This document shows, piece by piece, positions 9,494 through 17,890 of a DNA stretch of 64,000 bases. Made by a program: the position numbers and the translations under genes. The stretch is from contig CAVVPN010000001.1 of the NCBI GenBank assembly GCA_963750165.1, positions 64,001-128,000 of the forward strand. Reading direction: 5' to 3'. The number at the start of each line of letters is the position of its first letter. Within the stretch, counting starts at the first letter, position 1. Under the pieces are notes generated by a model. It searched no databases. It was not told the DNA's origin and was given only the letters and a program-made list of their open reading frames with translations. This stretch comes from an uncultured Gemmataceae bacterium (GTDB lineage: Bacteria; Planctomycetota; Planctomycetia; Gemmatales; Gemmataceae).

Positions 9494-12034
9494 ATGACAG
9501 GCACTCACCTTCGTTGGGCCACACTGCTCGCCTTCCTGGCTCTGATCGCCTCTGTCCAGACACTGACCGGACAGGAATTATACGGAAAGAAAAACGCCAG
9601 GGGCGACACCATCGCCATGCCCAAACCGACCGAAGTCCAGGCCCTGAGCGTGTTTCCCACCAGCGTCACCCTCAAGGGCACCGACGACTCCGCCCAGCTC
9701 GTGCTGACGGCCAAACTCGCCCAGCGCCAGCAGGATCTGACCGGCGACGCGAAGTACGCCATCGCCGACCCCAGGGTGGCCCGCGTCACCAGCAGCGGCC
9801 GGATCATCCCGCTGAGCAACGGCAAGACAACCCTCACCGCCACCTATGGCGACAAAGCGATCCAGGTGCCACTCGTCACCGAGAGCTGCGACGTGAACCT
9901 GCCGATCAACTTCCCGAACGACGTCGTGCCGATCTTCACGAAACTCGGCTGCAACAGCGGCGGCTGCCACGGCAAGTCCGGCGGTCAGAACGGCTTTGCC
10001 CTGAGCCTGCTCGGCTTCGTGCCGGAGCTGGACTACCAGACGCTCGTCAAGGAGAACCGCGGCCGCCGGGTGTTGCCGCAGGCCCCCGAGCACAGCCTGT
10101 TGCTGGTCAAGGCGACCGGCGTCATGGCGCACGCGGGCGGCAAGCGCATGGAGGTCGGTTCCGACGAGTACAAGCTCGTCAAGCGCTGGATCGCCTCCGG
10201 CACGCCCTTCGGCAAGAAGGACGACCCGACCGTCGCGAAGATCACGGTCCATCCCGAGCACCGCATTCTGTCGCGCAACAACCGCCAGCAATTCGCGGTC
10301 CTGGCCCACTACACCGACGGCAGCGTCCATGACGTGACGCAGCGCGCCCAGTACGAGAGCAACGACCAGGAAATCGCGGTGGTCGATGGCGCCGGCCTGG
10401 TGCGGACGCTGGAGATGAGCGGCGAGGCGGCGATCATGGCCCGCTATCAGGGCAACGTCGCGGTCTTCCGCGCCACGGTGCCGCTCGGCGTGAAGACCCC
10501 CGCCTTCGCGTTCGAGCCGAAGACCGTCGTGGATCGCTTCACGCTGAAGAAGTGGAAGGAACTTGGCATCGTGCCGTCCGGCCTGAGCGGCGACGAGGTA
10601 TTCCTGCGGCGTGTGTCGCTCGACCTGACCGGCACCCTGCCGACGCCGACGCAGATCAAGGAGTTCCTGGCCGACCGGTCGCCGAACAAGCGCGACCGGC
10701 TCATCGACCGGCTGCTGGAGACGCCGGAGTATGCGTACCTGTTCGCGAACAAGTGGGCGGACATTCTGCGCGTGAAGCGCGGTCAGAATCAGCCGTCGCG
10801 GGCGCAGGGCACCTTCGCGTTCCACCGCTGGATCCAGCACGCGATGGCGTCGGACCTGCCCTATGACCAGTTCGTCCGCGAAATCCTGGCCGCCAGCGGC
10901 GACGAGACGCAATCGCCGCCGACGTTGTGGTTCCGCTCGCTGACGAAGCCGGAAGAGTTCGTGGACGACACCGCCCAGGTGTTTCTGGGCCTGCGCATCG
11001 CCTGCGCCCAGTGCCACCACCACCCGTACGAGAAGTGGAGCCAGGACGACTACTGGGGCATGGCCGCGTTCTTCGGCCGCGTCGGCCGCAAGAACGTGCA
11101 GCGGCCCGGTGGCTTCGCCAACCAGCAGGACATCGTGCAGGTGATCTTCAGCCGGCCCAACGGCAATGTCACCAACAAGCGCACCGGCAAGGTGGCGCCG
11201 ATGCAGCCGCTGGACGGCGCGCCGATGAAGGTCAGCGCCGACGATGACCCGCGGCACAAGCTGGTTGATTGGATGACGGACGCCAGGAATCCGTTCTTCG
11301 CGCGGGCGGTGGCCAACCGCTACTGGGCGCACTTCTTCAACCGCGGCATCGTCGATCCCCTGGACGACATGCGCATCACCAATCCGCCGTCGAACCCCGA
11401 ACTGCTCGACGCGCTGGCAAAGGAGCTGATCGACAGCAAGTTCAGCCTGAAGCACCTGGTGCGGACCATCGTCAAGAGCCGGACGTATCAGTTGAGTGCG
11501 GTGCCGAACGAGTTCAACAAGCACGACAAGCAGACGTACGCCCGCTACTACCCGCGGCGCATGGGTGCCGAGGTGCTGTTCGACGCCATCAATCAGGTGA
11601 CCAACGCGCCGGCGACGTTCAATGGGTTGCCGCAGGACAGGCTGGCGCCGAAGCGGGCGATCATGCTGCCGGACGAGGCGTTCGCGTCGTACTTCCTGGA
11701 CGTGTTCGGCCGGCCGCAGCGCATCAGTGCCTGCGAGTGCGAGCGCGTCAGCGAGGCCAATTTGGCCCAGGCGCTGCACCTGCTCAACTCCGACGAGGTG
11801 CAGAACAAGCTGGCTCGCCAGGGCGGCCGCGCCGACCTGCTGGCCAAGGACAAGCGGCCGGACGCCGAGAAGGTCGAGGAGCTGTTCCTGTGGGTGCTCA
11901 ACCGCCGGCCGTCCGCCACGGACCTGCAGGTGTCGCTGGCCCACATCGAGCGGCACGCCATGAACAAGCGGATCGCTTACGAAAACATCCTGTGGGCGCT
12001 GGTGAACACGAAGGAGTTTGTGTTTAATCAATGA
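9494..12034 (+). CDS. DUF1549/DUF1553 planctomycete cytochrome-like protein with Ig-like (Big_2) domains
   Basis: signal peptide, GCNSGGCHG, FLRRVSLDLTGTLPT, CAQCHHHPYEKW, NRYWAHFF, PSNPELLDALA, ACECER. Confidence 0.92.
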   Translation: MTGTHLRWATLLAFLALIASVQTLTGQELYGKKNARGDTIAMPKPTEVQALSVFPTSVTLKGTDDSAQLVLTAKLAQRQQDLTGDAKYAIADPRVARVTSSGRIIPLSNGKTTLTATYGDKAIQVPLVTESCDVNLPINFPNDVVPIFTKLGCNSGGCHGKSGGQNGFALSLLGFVPELDYQTLVKENRGRRVLPQAPEHSLLLVKATGVMAHAGGKRMEVGSDEYKLVKRWIASGTPFGKKDDPTVAKITVHPEHRILSRNNRQQFAVLAHYTDGSVHDVTQRAQYESNDQEIAVVDGAGLVRTLEMSGEAAIMARYQGNVAVFRATVPLGVKTPAFAFEPKTVVDRFTLKKWKELGIVPSGLSGDEVFLRRVSLDLTGTLPTPTQIKEFLADRSPNKRDRLIDRLLETPEYAYLFANKWADILRVKRGQNQPSRAQGTFAFHRWIQHAMASDLPYDQFVREILAASGDETQSPPTLWFRSLTKPEEFVDDTAQVFLGLRIACAQCHHHPYEKWSQDDYWGMAAFFGRVGRKNVQRPGGFANQQDIVQVIFSRPNGNVTNKRTGKVAPMQPLDGAPMKVSADDDPRHKLVDWMTDARNPFFARAVANRYWAHFFNRGIVDPLDDMRITNPPSNPELLDALAKELIDSKFSLKHLVRTIVKSRTYQLSAVPNEFNKHDKQTYARYYPRRMGAEVLFDAINQVTNAPATFNGLPQDRLAPKRAIMLPDEAFASYFLDVFGRPQRISACECERVSEANLAQALHLLNSDEVQNKLARQGGRADLLAKDKRPDAEKVEELFLWVLNRRPSATDLQVSLAHIERHAMNKRIAYENILWALVNTKEFVFNQ

Positions 12035-12227
12035 GCGCTGAGAATAGACGGGTTTCCCAGTCCTACTGTGGGAGGGGAATGGAAGAGGTGCAGGACGGCT
12101 CTCCAGAGCTTTCCTGCACCTCTTCCATTCCCCTCCACAGTAGAATTGGGAGTGATCGAAGATCGATCACTCACACAATCCGAAGCGCCAAAAAGAAACC
12201 GAATGGCAGGTAGCGGCAAGCGCTGGT

Positions 12228-12331
12228 GAACCCGAGGCCGCGTCATGAACAGTACCGAACTGACCTGGCAACTGGTCGATCCGTGGACGAAGTCGGGTTG
12301 GCTGATCCTCGGCGGCGCTGCGGCGCTGCTG
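12228..12331 (+). repeat. 104-bp direct repeat, copy 2
   Basis: encodes EPEAAS* of BatA plus the first 29 codons of the 12245 gene. Confidence 0.9.
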
Positions 12332-14593
12332 ACGCTGCTGACGCTGTGGACGTACTGGGGCGTGCGCCACGTCGGCCGCCGTCGAATCGCCACGGTGCTG
12401 GCGCTGCGGCTGCTGGCGCTGCTGATCGCCTGCCTGTTGCTGACGCGGCCGGGCCTGGCGGTGCGCGACACGACGCCCGTGCCGTCGAAACTGCTCGTGC
12501 TGATGGACGCCTCCAAAAGCATGGGCATCCGCGACTGCGACGGCCAATCGCGCTGGGAAGAGGTCCGGCGCATCTGGCGGAGTGAAGAGGTGCGGCAGGC
12601 GCTGGAGCGGTTGCAGAACGAGCAGCAGGTGGAGCTGGTCTACTACCAGGGCGCGGAGGGCGTGGGCAAGCTCAACCTGGACGGCGAGCCGCGCGGCAGC
12701 CGCACGCACATCGGCGCCTGGCTGCAGCGGCTGCGCGAGCACCACGTCAAGGACGGCAACCTGCGCGGCCTGCTGCTGTTCAGCGACTTCATCGACAACG
12801 GCGGTCGCGGCAAGGCGGAGGACGCGGCGGGCCCCTTCCGCGAGATGAACTGTCCGATTTACACCTTCCTGGTGGGCAAGACCAGCACCGACCCGCTGGA
12901 CCGCGACGTGGCCGTGGTCGCCGTCAAGGCGGTGCCGGCGACTGCCGCCGTCAAGGCCCCGCTCCGCGCCACCGCTGTCATCGATGTCAACAAGTTCGAT
13001 CGCCCCACCGTGACCGTCCACCTGTTCGCCGAGGGCATGGGCGACGGCAATCCGGTCGCCACGCGGCAGGTGCTGCTGGAGAAGGCGCGCGGCAACGAGG
13101 TCGAACTCGGCCCCATCTTCCCGGAACGGGCGGGCGAACTGAAGCTGACGGTCAAGGTTGAGAAACTGATCGGCGAAACCAACGACCGCAACAACGAGAT
13201 GAGCACCTACGTGAACGTGACGCGCGAGGGCATCAGCGTGCTGTGGGTGGAGGGCCGGCCGCGACCGTGGGAGCCCGTGTTCGCCCTGCGCTACGCCCTG
13301 CTGCGTGACCCGCGCTTCCGCGTCACCTACACCGAACCGCCGCCCGGCGGCTTTGCCGGCGACTGGTACGAGTTCAAGAAACGCGCCAGAGAGGGTCAGC
13401 AGTACGACGTGATCGTCATTGGCGACATTTCCGCGCAGCAGTTCAGCGGCGGCCAGGCGGCGACCGTGGCCGAGGTGAGCCGGCTGGTGAAGGAGAAGGG
13501 CGTCGGCCTGCTGATGCTGGCCGGCCGCCAGACGTTCGCCAACAGCGACTGGCAGGAGCCGCAGTATGACGCGCTGACGAAGTTGCTGCCCGTGCAGTTG
13601 CCGGCGGAGAAACCGGAAAAGGGCCGCGTCGCTGGGCCGGTGAAGCTGGAGCCGACGTCGTCGGGCCTGGCGTACCTGCTGCGGTTGGATGCGAAGGACG
13701 CGGCAGAGTTCTGGAAGCGCGACCTGTTCGAGCCGCTCGACGGCATGGTGCCGCTGGGCACGCCGCGGCCGGGGGCGACGGTGTACGCGAATAGCGACAG
13801 CGGGAAGCCGCTGCTGGTGGGCGATGTGGTCAGCGGGGCGCGCGTGCTGGCGTTCGGCGCCGACACCACCTGGAAGGCGTGGCGGCGCAAAACCGAGGCG
13901 GTCGCCGCTTACGAACGCTTCTGGAAGCAGGTGATTCTCTGGCTGGCGAAGCAGGAGGAGACGCCGGGCGTGGCCTGGATCAAGCCGGACACGCGCCGCG
14001 AGCTGGCGGGCGCCCAGAAGCGCGTCGGCTTCCTGGCGGGCATGCGCGGCAAGAAGGGCGAGGAGCTGAAGGACGCGAAGCTGTGGGCGCAGATGATCGG
14101 GCCGGACGGCAAGAAGGTCGGCCCGAGGCGGCCGCTGACGGGGGTGGAGAAGGGCGGCCGCCACGGCCTGACACCGGAGATCGACGAACCGGGCGAGTAC
14201 ACGATTGAGGTGACCGCCGAGGGCGTGGAGGACGGCAAGCCGGTGACGGGCACGGCGAAGGCGCGCTTCCTGGCGTACACGGAGGACATCGAGATGGCGC
14301 GCTGGGCCGCGGACGACAAGTTACTGGAGGAACTGGCCCGGCGGAGCGGCGGTCGGGTGATCGCCGGCGAGGACCAGTTGCTGGCGCTGCTGCAGAGCCT
14401 GGGCGAGCGCGCGGCGGCGGACGACCGGACGCGCGTGGACCGCTGGCCGGACTGGGGCCAGAAGCCGTTGTCCGAATCGACGCCGGACCAGCTGCAGGCG
14501 CTGTGGGGCTCGGGGGCGCTGCTGTGCATGGTGGCGTTTACGCTGCTGATCTGCACCGAGTGGCTGCTGCGGCGGCGCTGGGGGCTGGTGTGA
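12245..14593 (+). CDS. membrane vWA / glutamine-amidotransferase-like protein (Bat-operon partner)
   Basis: N-terminal TMs, DASKSM MIDAS-like motif, YDVIVIGD and GLLMLAG (GATase1-like), C-terminal EWLLRRRWGLV. Confidence 0.85.
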   Translation: MNSTELTWQLVDPWTKSGWLILGGAAALLTLLTLWTYWGVRHVGRRRIATVLALRLLALLIACLLLTRPGLAVRDTTPVPSKLLVLMDASKSMGIRDCDGQSRWEEVRRIWRSEEVRQALERLQNEQQVELVYYQGAEGVGKLNLDGEPRGSRTHIGAWLQRLREHHVKDGNLRGLLLFSDFIDNGGRGKAEDAAGPFREMNCPIYTFLVGKTSTDPLDRDVAVVAVKAVPATAAVKAPLRATAVIDVNKFDRPTVTVHLFAEGMGDGNPVATRQVLLEKARGNEVELGPIFPERAGELKLTVKVEKLIGETNDRNNEMSTYVNVTREGISVLWVEGRPRPWEPVFALRYALLRDPRFRVTYTEPPPGGFAGDWYEFKKRAREGQQYDVIVIGDISAQQFSGGQAATVAEVSRLVKEKGVGLLMLAGRQTFANSDWQEPQYDALTKLLPVQLPAEKPEKGRVAGPVKLEPTSSGLAYLLRLDAKDAAEFWKRDLFEPLDGMVPLGTPRPGATVYANSDSGKPLLVGDVVSGARVLAFGADTTWKAWRRKTEAVAAYERFWKQVILWLAKQEETPGVAWIKPDTRRELAGAQKRVGFLAGMRGKKGEELKDAKLWAQMIGPDGKKVGPRRPLTGVEKGGRHGLTPEIDEPGEYTIEVTAEGVEDGKPVTGTAKARFLAYTEDIEMARWAADDKLLEELARRSGGRVIAGEDQLLALLQSLGERAAADDRTRVDRWPDWGQKPLSESTPDQLQALWGSGALLCMVAFTLLICTEWLLRRRWGLV

Positions 14594-14654
14594 TGCATTC
14601 TCCCCTCGCCCCTCTGGAGGGGGCGAGGGGTCGGGGGTGAGGGGGTCGATCTCC

Positions 14655-15575
14655 ATGCCGCGCGTCGTATCACTGATCGCCAGCGCCACCGAAATGGTCT
14701 GCGCTCTGGGCTTCGAGGCGGACCTGGTCGGCCGCTCCCACGAGTGCGACTATCCGGAGTCCGTCAAGCGCCTGCCGGTGTGTACCGCCCCGAAGTTCGA
14801 CGTGACCGGCGGCAGCCTGGACATCGACCGTCGCGTCAAGGAACTGCTGCAAGAGGCGACTTCCGTCTACCGCGTGGACGCCGAACTGCTGCGGCACCTG
14901 CGGCCGGACGTGATCGTGACGCAGGCGCAGTGCGAGGTGTGCGCCGTTAGCCTGCGCGACGTGGAGGCGGCGGTCTGCGGTTGGCTGGGCGCCGGCGTGC
15001 GCGTCGTATCGCTGCAGCCGAACGCGCTGGCGGACGTGTGGACCGACCTGCGTGCCGTCGCGGCGGCGCTGGGTGTGCCGGAGCGCGGCGAAGCACTGGT
15101 GGGCGAGTACCTGCGGCGCATCGACACCATTGCGGACCGCGCCCGCGACTTGCCGGCGCGGCCGACCGTGGCGTGCGTGGAGTGGGTCGAGCCACTGATG
15201 GCCGCGGGCAACTGGGTGCCGGAACTGGTCGCACTGGCGGGCGGCGTCGATCTGTTCGGCAGCGCCGGCAAGCACGCGCCGTGGATGACGTGGCAGCAGT
15301 TGCGCGAGCGCGACCCGGACGTGATCGTCGCGCTGCCGTGCGGCTTCGATCTGGAGCGCACACGCACGGAGATGATGGCGCTGACGCGGCTGCCGGAGTG
15401 GCCGGCGCTGCGGGCGGTGCGCGCTGACCGGGTGATCGTGACGGACGGCAACCAGTTTTTCAATCGCCCGGGGCCGCGGCTGGTGGAGTCGCTGGAAATC
15501 CTGGCGGAAGTGCTGCACCCGGAGACGTTCCACTTCGGCCACGAGGGCACGGGCTGGCGGCGGTTGGTTTCCTGA
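14655..15575 (+). CDS. BtuF-like cobalamin/Fe-siderophore-binding protein
   Basis: RVVSLIASATE, VGRSHECDYP, FNRPGPRLVESLEILAE. Confidence 0.88.
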   Translation: MPRVVSLIASATEMVCALGFEADLVGRSHECDYPESVKRLPVCTAPKFDVTGGSLDIDRRVKELLQEATSVYRVDAELLRHLRPDVIVTQAQCEVCAVSLRDVEAAVCGWLGAGVRVVSLQPNALADVWTDLRAVAAALGVPERGEALVGEYLRRIDTIADRARDLPARPTVACVEWVEPLMAAGNWVPELVALAGGVDLFGSAGKHAPWMTWQQLRERDPDVIVALPCGFDLERTRTEMMALTRLPEWPALRAVRADRVIVTDGNQFFNRPGPRLVESLEILAEVLHPETFHFGHEGTGWRRLVS

Positions 15576-15645
15576 GCGGCGGACATGGCGGCCGCATTTT
15601 TTCGCGAACCCAGGCACGGGGCGGCGGGTCTTGAGAGTGTGAGCC

Positions 15646-15720
15646 GTCCTCGTGGAGCTGTCCGGAGTGCTCGCCACTCTTTCAAGGTGGAGATCATGGG
15701 TTCAAATCCCATCGAGGACA
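15646..15720 (+). tRNA. tRNA-Glu(TTC)
   Basis: acceptor GTCCTCG/CGAGGAC, D stem GAGC/GCTC, anticodon arm CCACT-CTTTCAA-GGTGG, T arm ATGGG-TTCAAAT-CCCAT; no encoded CCA. Confidence 0.9.
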
Positions 15721-15723
15721 CTG

Positions 15724-15760
15724 GAAAAGGCACTTATGCAAGTCATAAGTGCCTTTTTTC
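15724..15760 (+). terminator. intrinsic terminator-like hairpin after tRNA-Glu
   Basis: GAAAAGGCACTTATG-CAAGT-CATAAGTGCCTTTTTTC. Confidence 0.7.
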
Positions 15761-16224
15761 TTGTCTTTGCGTCAGTGATATTCCATTCAAAGACCCCTAC
15801 AAACCGAAAAGTGTATCGGATTTTCGTTGCCAAGACTGCCATTTCCGGTATCCCACACACGATTTGAAACATCAGGGGAAGCGTACCACGACGGTTGTAA
15901 CAAGGTGTGTGCCAGCTTGAACGCCATTCGGCCCCAGGACGTTGTTGAACGGGTGAGGGGGTTGTGATGGGGTGTGGTTGCAAGGGCGGCGGCAGCGGCA
16001 GCCCGTTGACCTCGACGGCCCCGACCTCGACCACGGCCAGGACGGCGGCGGCAGCCCCTCGACCTCGACCCCTACCCAGCGGGACCGAATTGCGGCGGTT
16101 GTTGGAGACGTTGCGCAAGGGGTAATCGCCTGCAACCTCGAACAATTCTTGTAGTCAGCACCGATCAAGGACAAAGACACTGGCGGGAATGTCCGCCGGT
16201 GTCTATTGCTTGTGCCAGACTTGG

Positions 16225-16788
16225 TTACTTCTTCTCTGGTTGGTGGGGGCGGGGTTCAACCTTTCTGAGCCGTTCCATGTAGTTCTCGGTCCCACCTTGC
16301 ACGTCAAAGACAAACCTGAATGCGTCCCCCGCCTTGCCTGTTACTTCGCCTTCAAGTTGTTTGATGCTGCTTTTCGTAAGTGTGACGTTATCCTTGTCGA
16401 AAAGGTAAATCCACAATCCAGGGTTAGGGTACTGTTTGCTGGGCGATGCCCACGGCATGAATGCCTTTTGCAAGGCGGCAACGTCGTCAACGTCTTTGGT
16501 AAACTCCACCAGAACCTTAATCAAGTGGTATCCGCCCGTTTTCATCACGGTCGCAGACTTGAATTTGATTCCCCAAGTCTTGTCGAGATAGCCGCATTCG
16601 TATTTGATTTCCTGTTCCTTCTTGTCCCCTTCCTTCTTGTCCCCTTCCGTGAACAAGGTTTCCTGTCCCTTGCGTTCCTGTTCCTTCCTGGCAACGTCCG
16701 AACCCTTGTTCTCTGGTTCCTTCCTGTCGGCATCCGAAGCGGCGAAGCAGCCTGCCAAGATCAACGCCAGCGGTGTGAAAGCCTTCAT
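16225..16788 (-). CDS. secreted hypothetical protein (possible lipoprotein), paralog of 16803-17249
   Basis: signal peptide with LAGC; shared motifs KTWGxK, EFTKD, FDKDNV, TGxxGDxFR. Confidence 0.8.
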   Translation of the reverse strand: MKAFTPLALILAGCFAASDADRKEPENKGSDVARKEQERKGQETLFTEGDKKEGDKKEQEIKYECGYLDKTWGIKFKSATVMKTGGYHLIKVLVEFTKDVDDVAALQKAFMPWASPSKQYPNPGLWIYLFDKDNVTLTKSSIKQLEGEVTGKAGDAFRFVFDVQGGTENYMERLRKVEPRPHQPEKK

Positions 16789-16802
16789 GGTCGGTTCCCC
16801 TT

Positions 16803-17249
16803 TTACTTGATGACCCGCAATTCAACCTTCACAACTTTGTGCGGATTGTTGCTACCACGCACCAACAGGCGAAACCGATCACCTTTTGCCCCTGTCAATT
16901 CCGAAGTCGCAAAGAAAAAAGATTGCTTCTCAGTCACCACATTATCTTTGTCGAAGAAGAAAAACGCCACCGTTTTTGACCTGATTTTTTCGTCAGAAGG
17001 AAATGCTTCTCTCAGTTTCTTCAACTGTTCGGGCTGCAAGTCTTTGGTAAACTCGAATAGCACGTTGTACGGCGCAAGATTTCCCTCGTTGTAATCCATC
17101 GACTTCACTTTCAATCCCCAAGTCTTTTCAGCAAGATCGAAATTCCACTTCTCCAATGGGAGGGGCGGTTTTTTCTTGTCGCCACCACCAACCACCGAGG
17201 AACCGAAGCAAAGGACCACGGCAAGGGCAAACAGTGTCAGAAACTTCAT
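16803..17249 (-). CDS. secreted hypothetical protein, paralog of 16225-16788
   Basis: MKFLTLFALAVVLC signal peptide after GGGAG RBS; same four motifs. Confidence 0.8.
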   Translation of the reverse strand: MKFLTLFALAVVLCFGSSVVGGGDKKKPPLPLEKWNFDLAEKTWGLKVKSMDYNEGNLAPYNVLFEFTKDLQPEQLKKLREAFPSDEKIRSKTVAFFFFDKDNVVTEKQSFFFATSELTGAKGDRFRLLVRGSNNPHKVVKVELRVIK

Positions 17250-17664
17250 GGTCGGTACTCCCTGGCGTTTGGGGAAGAAAGAAAGTGTCCCGCCCCCAAC
17301 CGTTTGCCGTCGCCCAGTCAGCAAAGTCCAGCAAGCGGGACAAAGAGGATTGTACGGGGCCGAAATGTACGCCGCAAGCAAAAACCGACCTCGACGGAAG
17401 CAGCGGCCCCGACCTCGACCACGGCAGCGGCCAGCTACGGCAGCGGCCAGGAAGGCGGCGGGCTGCCGACCTCGACGGCAAACCGCGAACCTTTCTGGGG
17501 GTGGGCTGTCTTGAGGGTGTATCGGACGTATCGGATTTTGTATCGGATTTTTCGCCCTGAACCCGTTTTTCCGACACAACCCGATTCGTACAAGTCCTTG
17601 AACAGAAAGGGCTTTGCGGCGAAGATTTTTTCGCGGCAGCCCATCCCATCGAGGACACTACCTT

Positions 17665-17736
17665 ACCCTGGTGGTGAAACGGACATCATTTCACCTTGCG
17701 AAGGTGACGTTCCTGGTTCGAGTCCAGGCCGGGGTA
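17665..17736 (+). tRNA. tRNA-Arg(GCG)
   Basis: acceptor ACCCTGG/CCGGGGT, anticodon arm TCACC-TTGCGAA-GGTGA, T arm CCTGG-TTCGAGT-CCAGG, A after D-loop GG (Arg identity A20). Confidence 0.88.
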
Positions 17737-17890
17737 CATCAACACGCGGAGGGCCCGGCGACAGCCGGGCTTCCGTCATTTCTACCGCCCACCAAACGAT
17801 CGCTTTTTTGCCGCCAACGGAATGAGCCCGTCTGCGTTCAACAGGCGGAGGGTTGGTGCCCTCTTCAATTCCCCCAAGGGAGAGTCCCCA

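Larger units (their letters stand above)
15706..17659. mobile_element. small integrase-less island integrated in the tRNA-Glu 3' end
   Basis: 17-bp direct repeat ATCCCATCGAGGACACT at 15706-15722 and 17643-17659; lower GC; GTATCGGA motifs near both ends. Confidence 0.85.
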
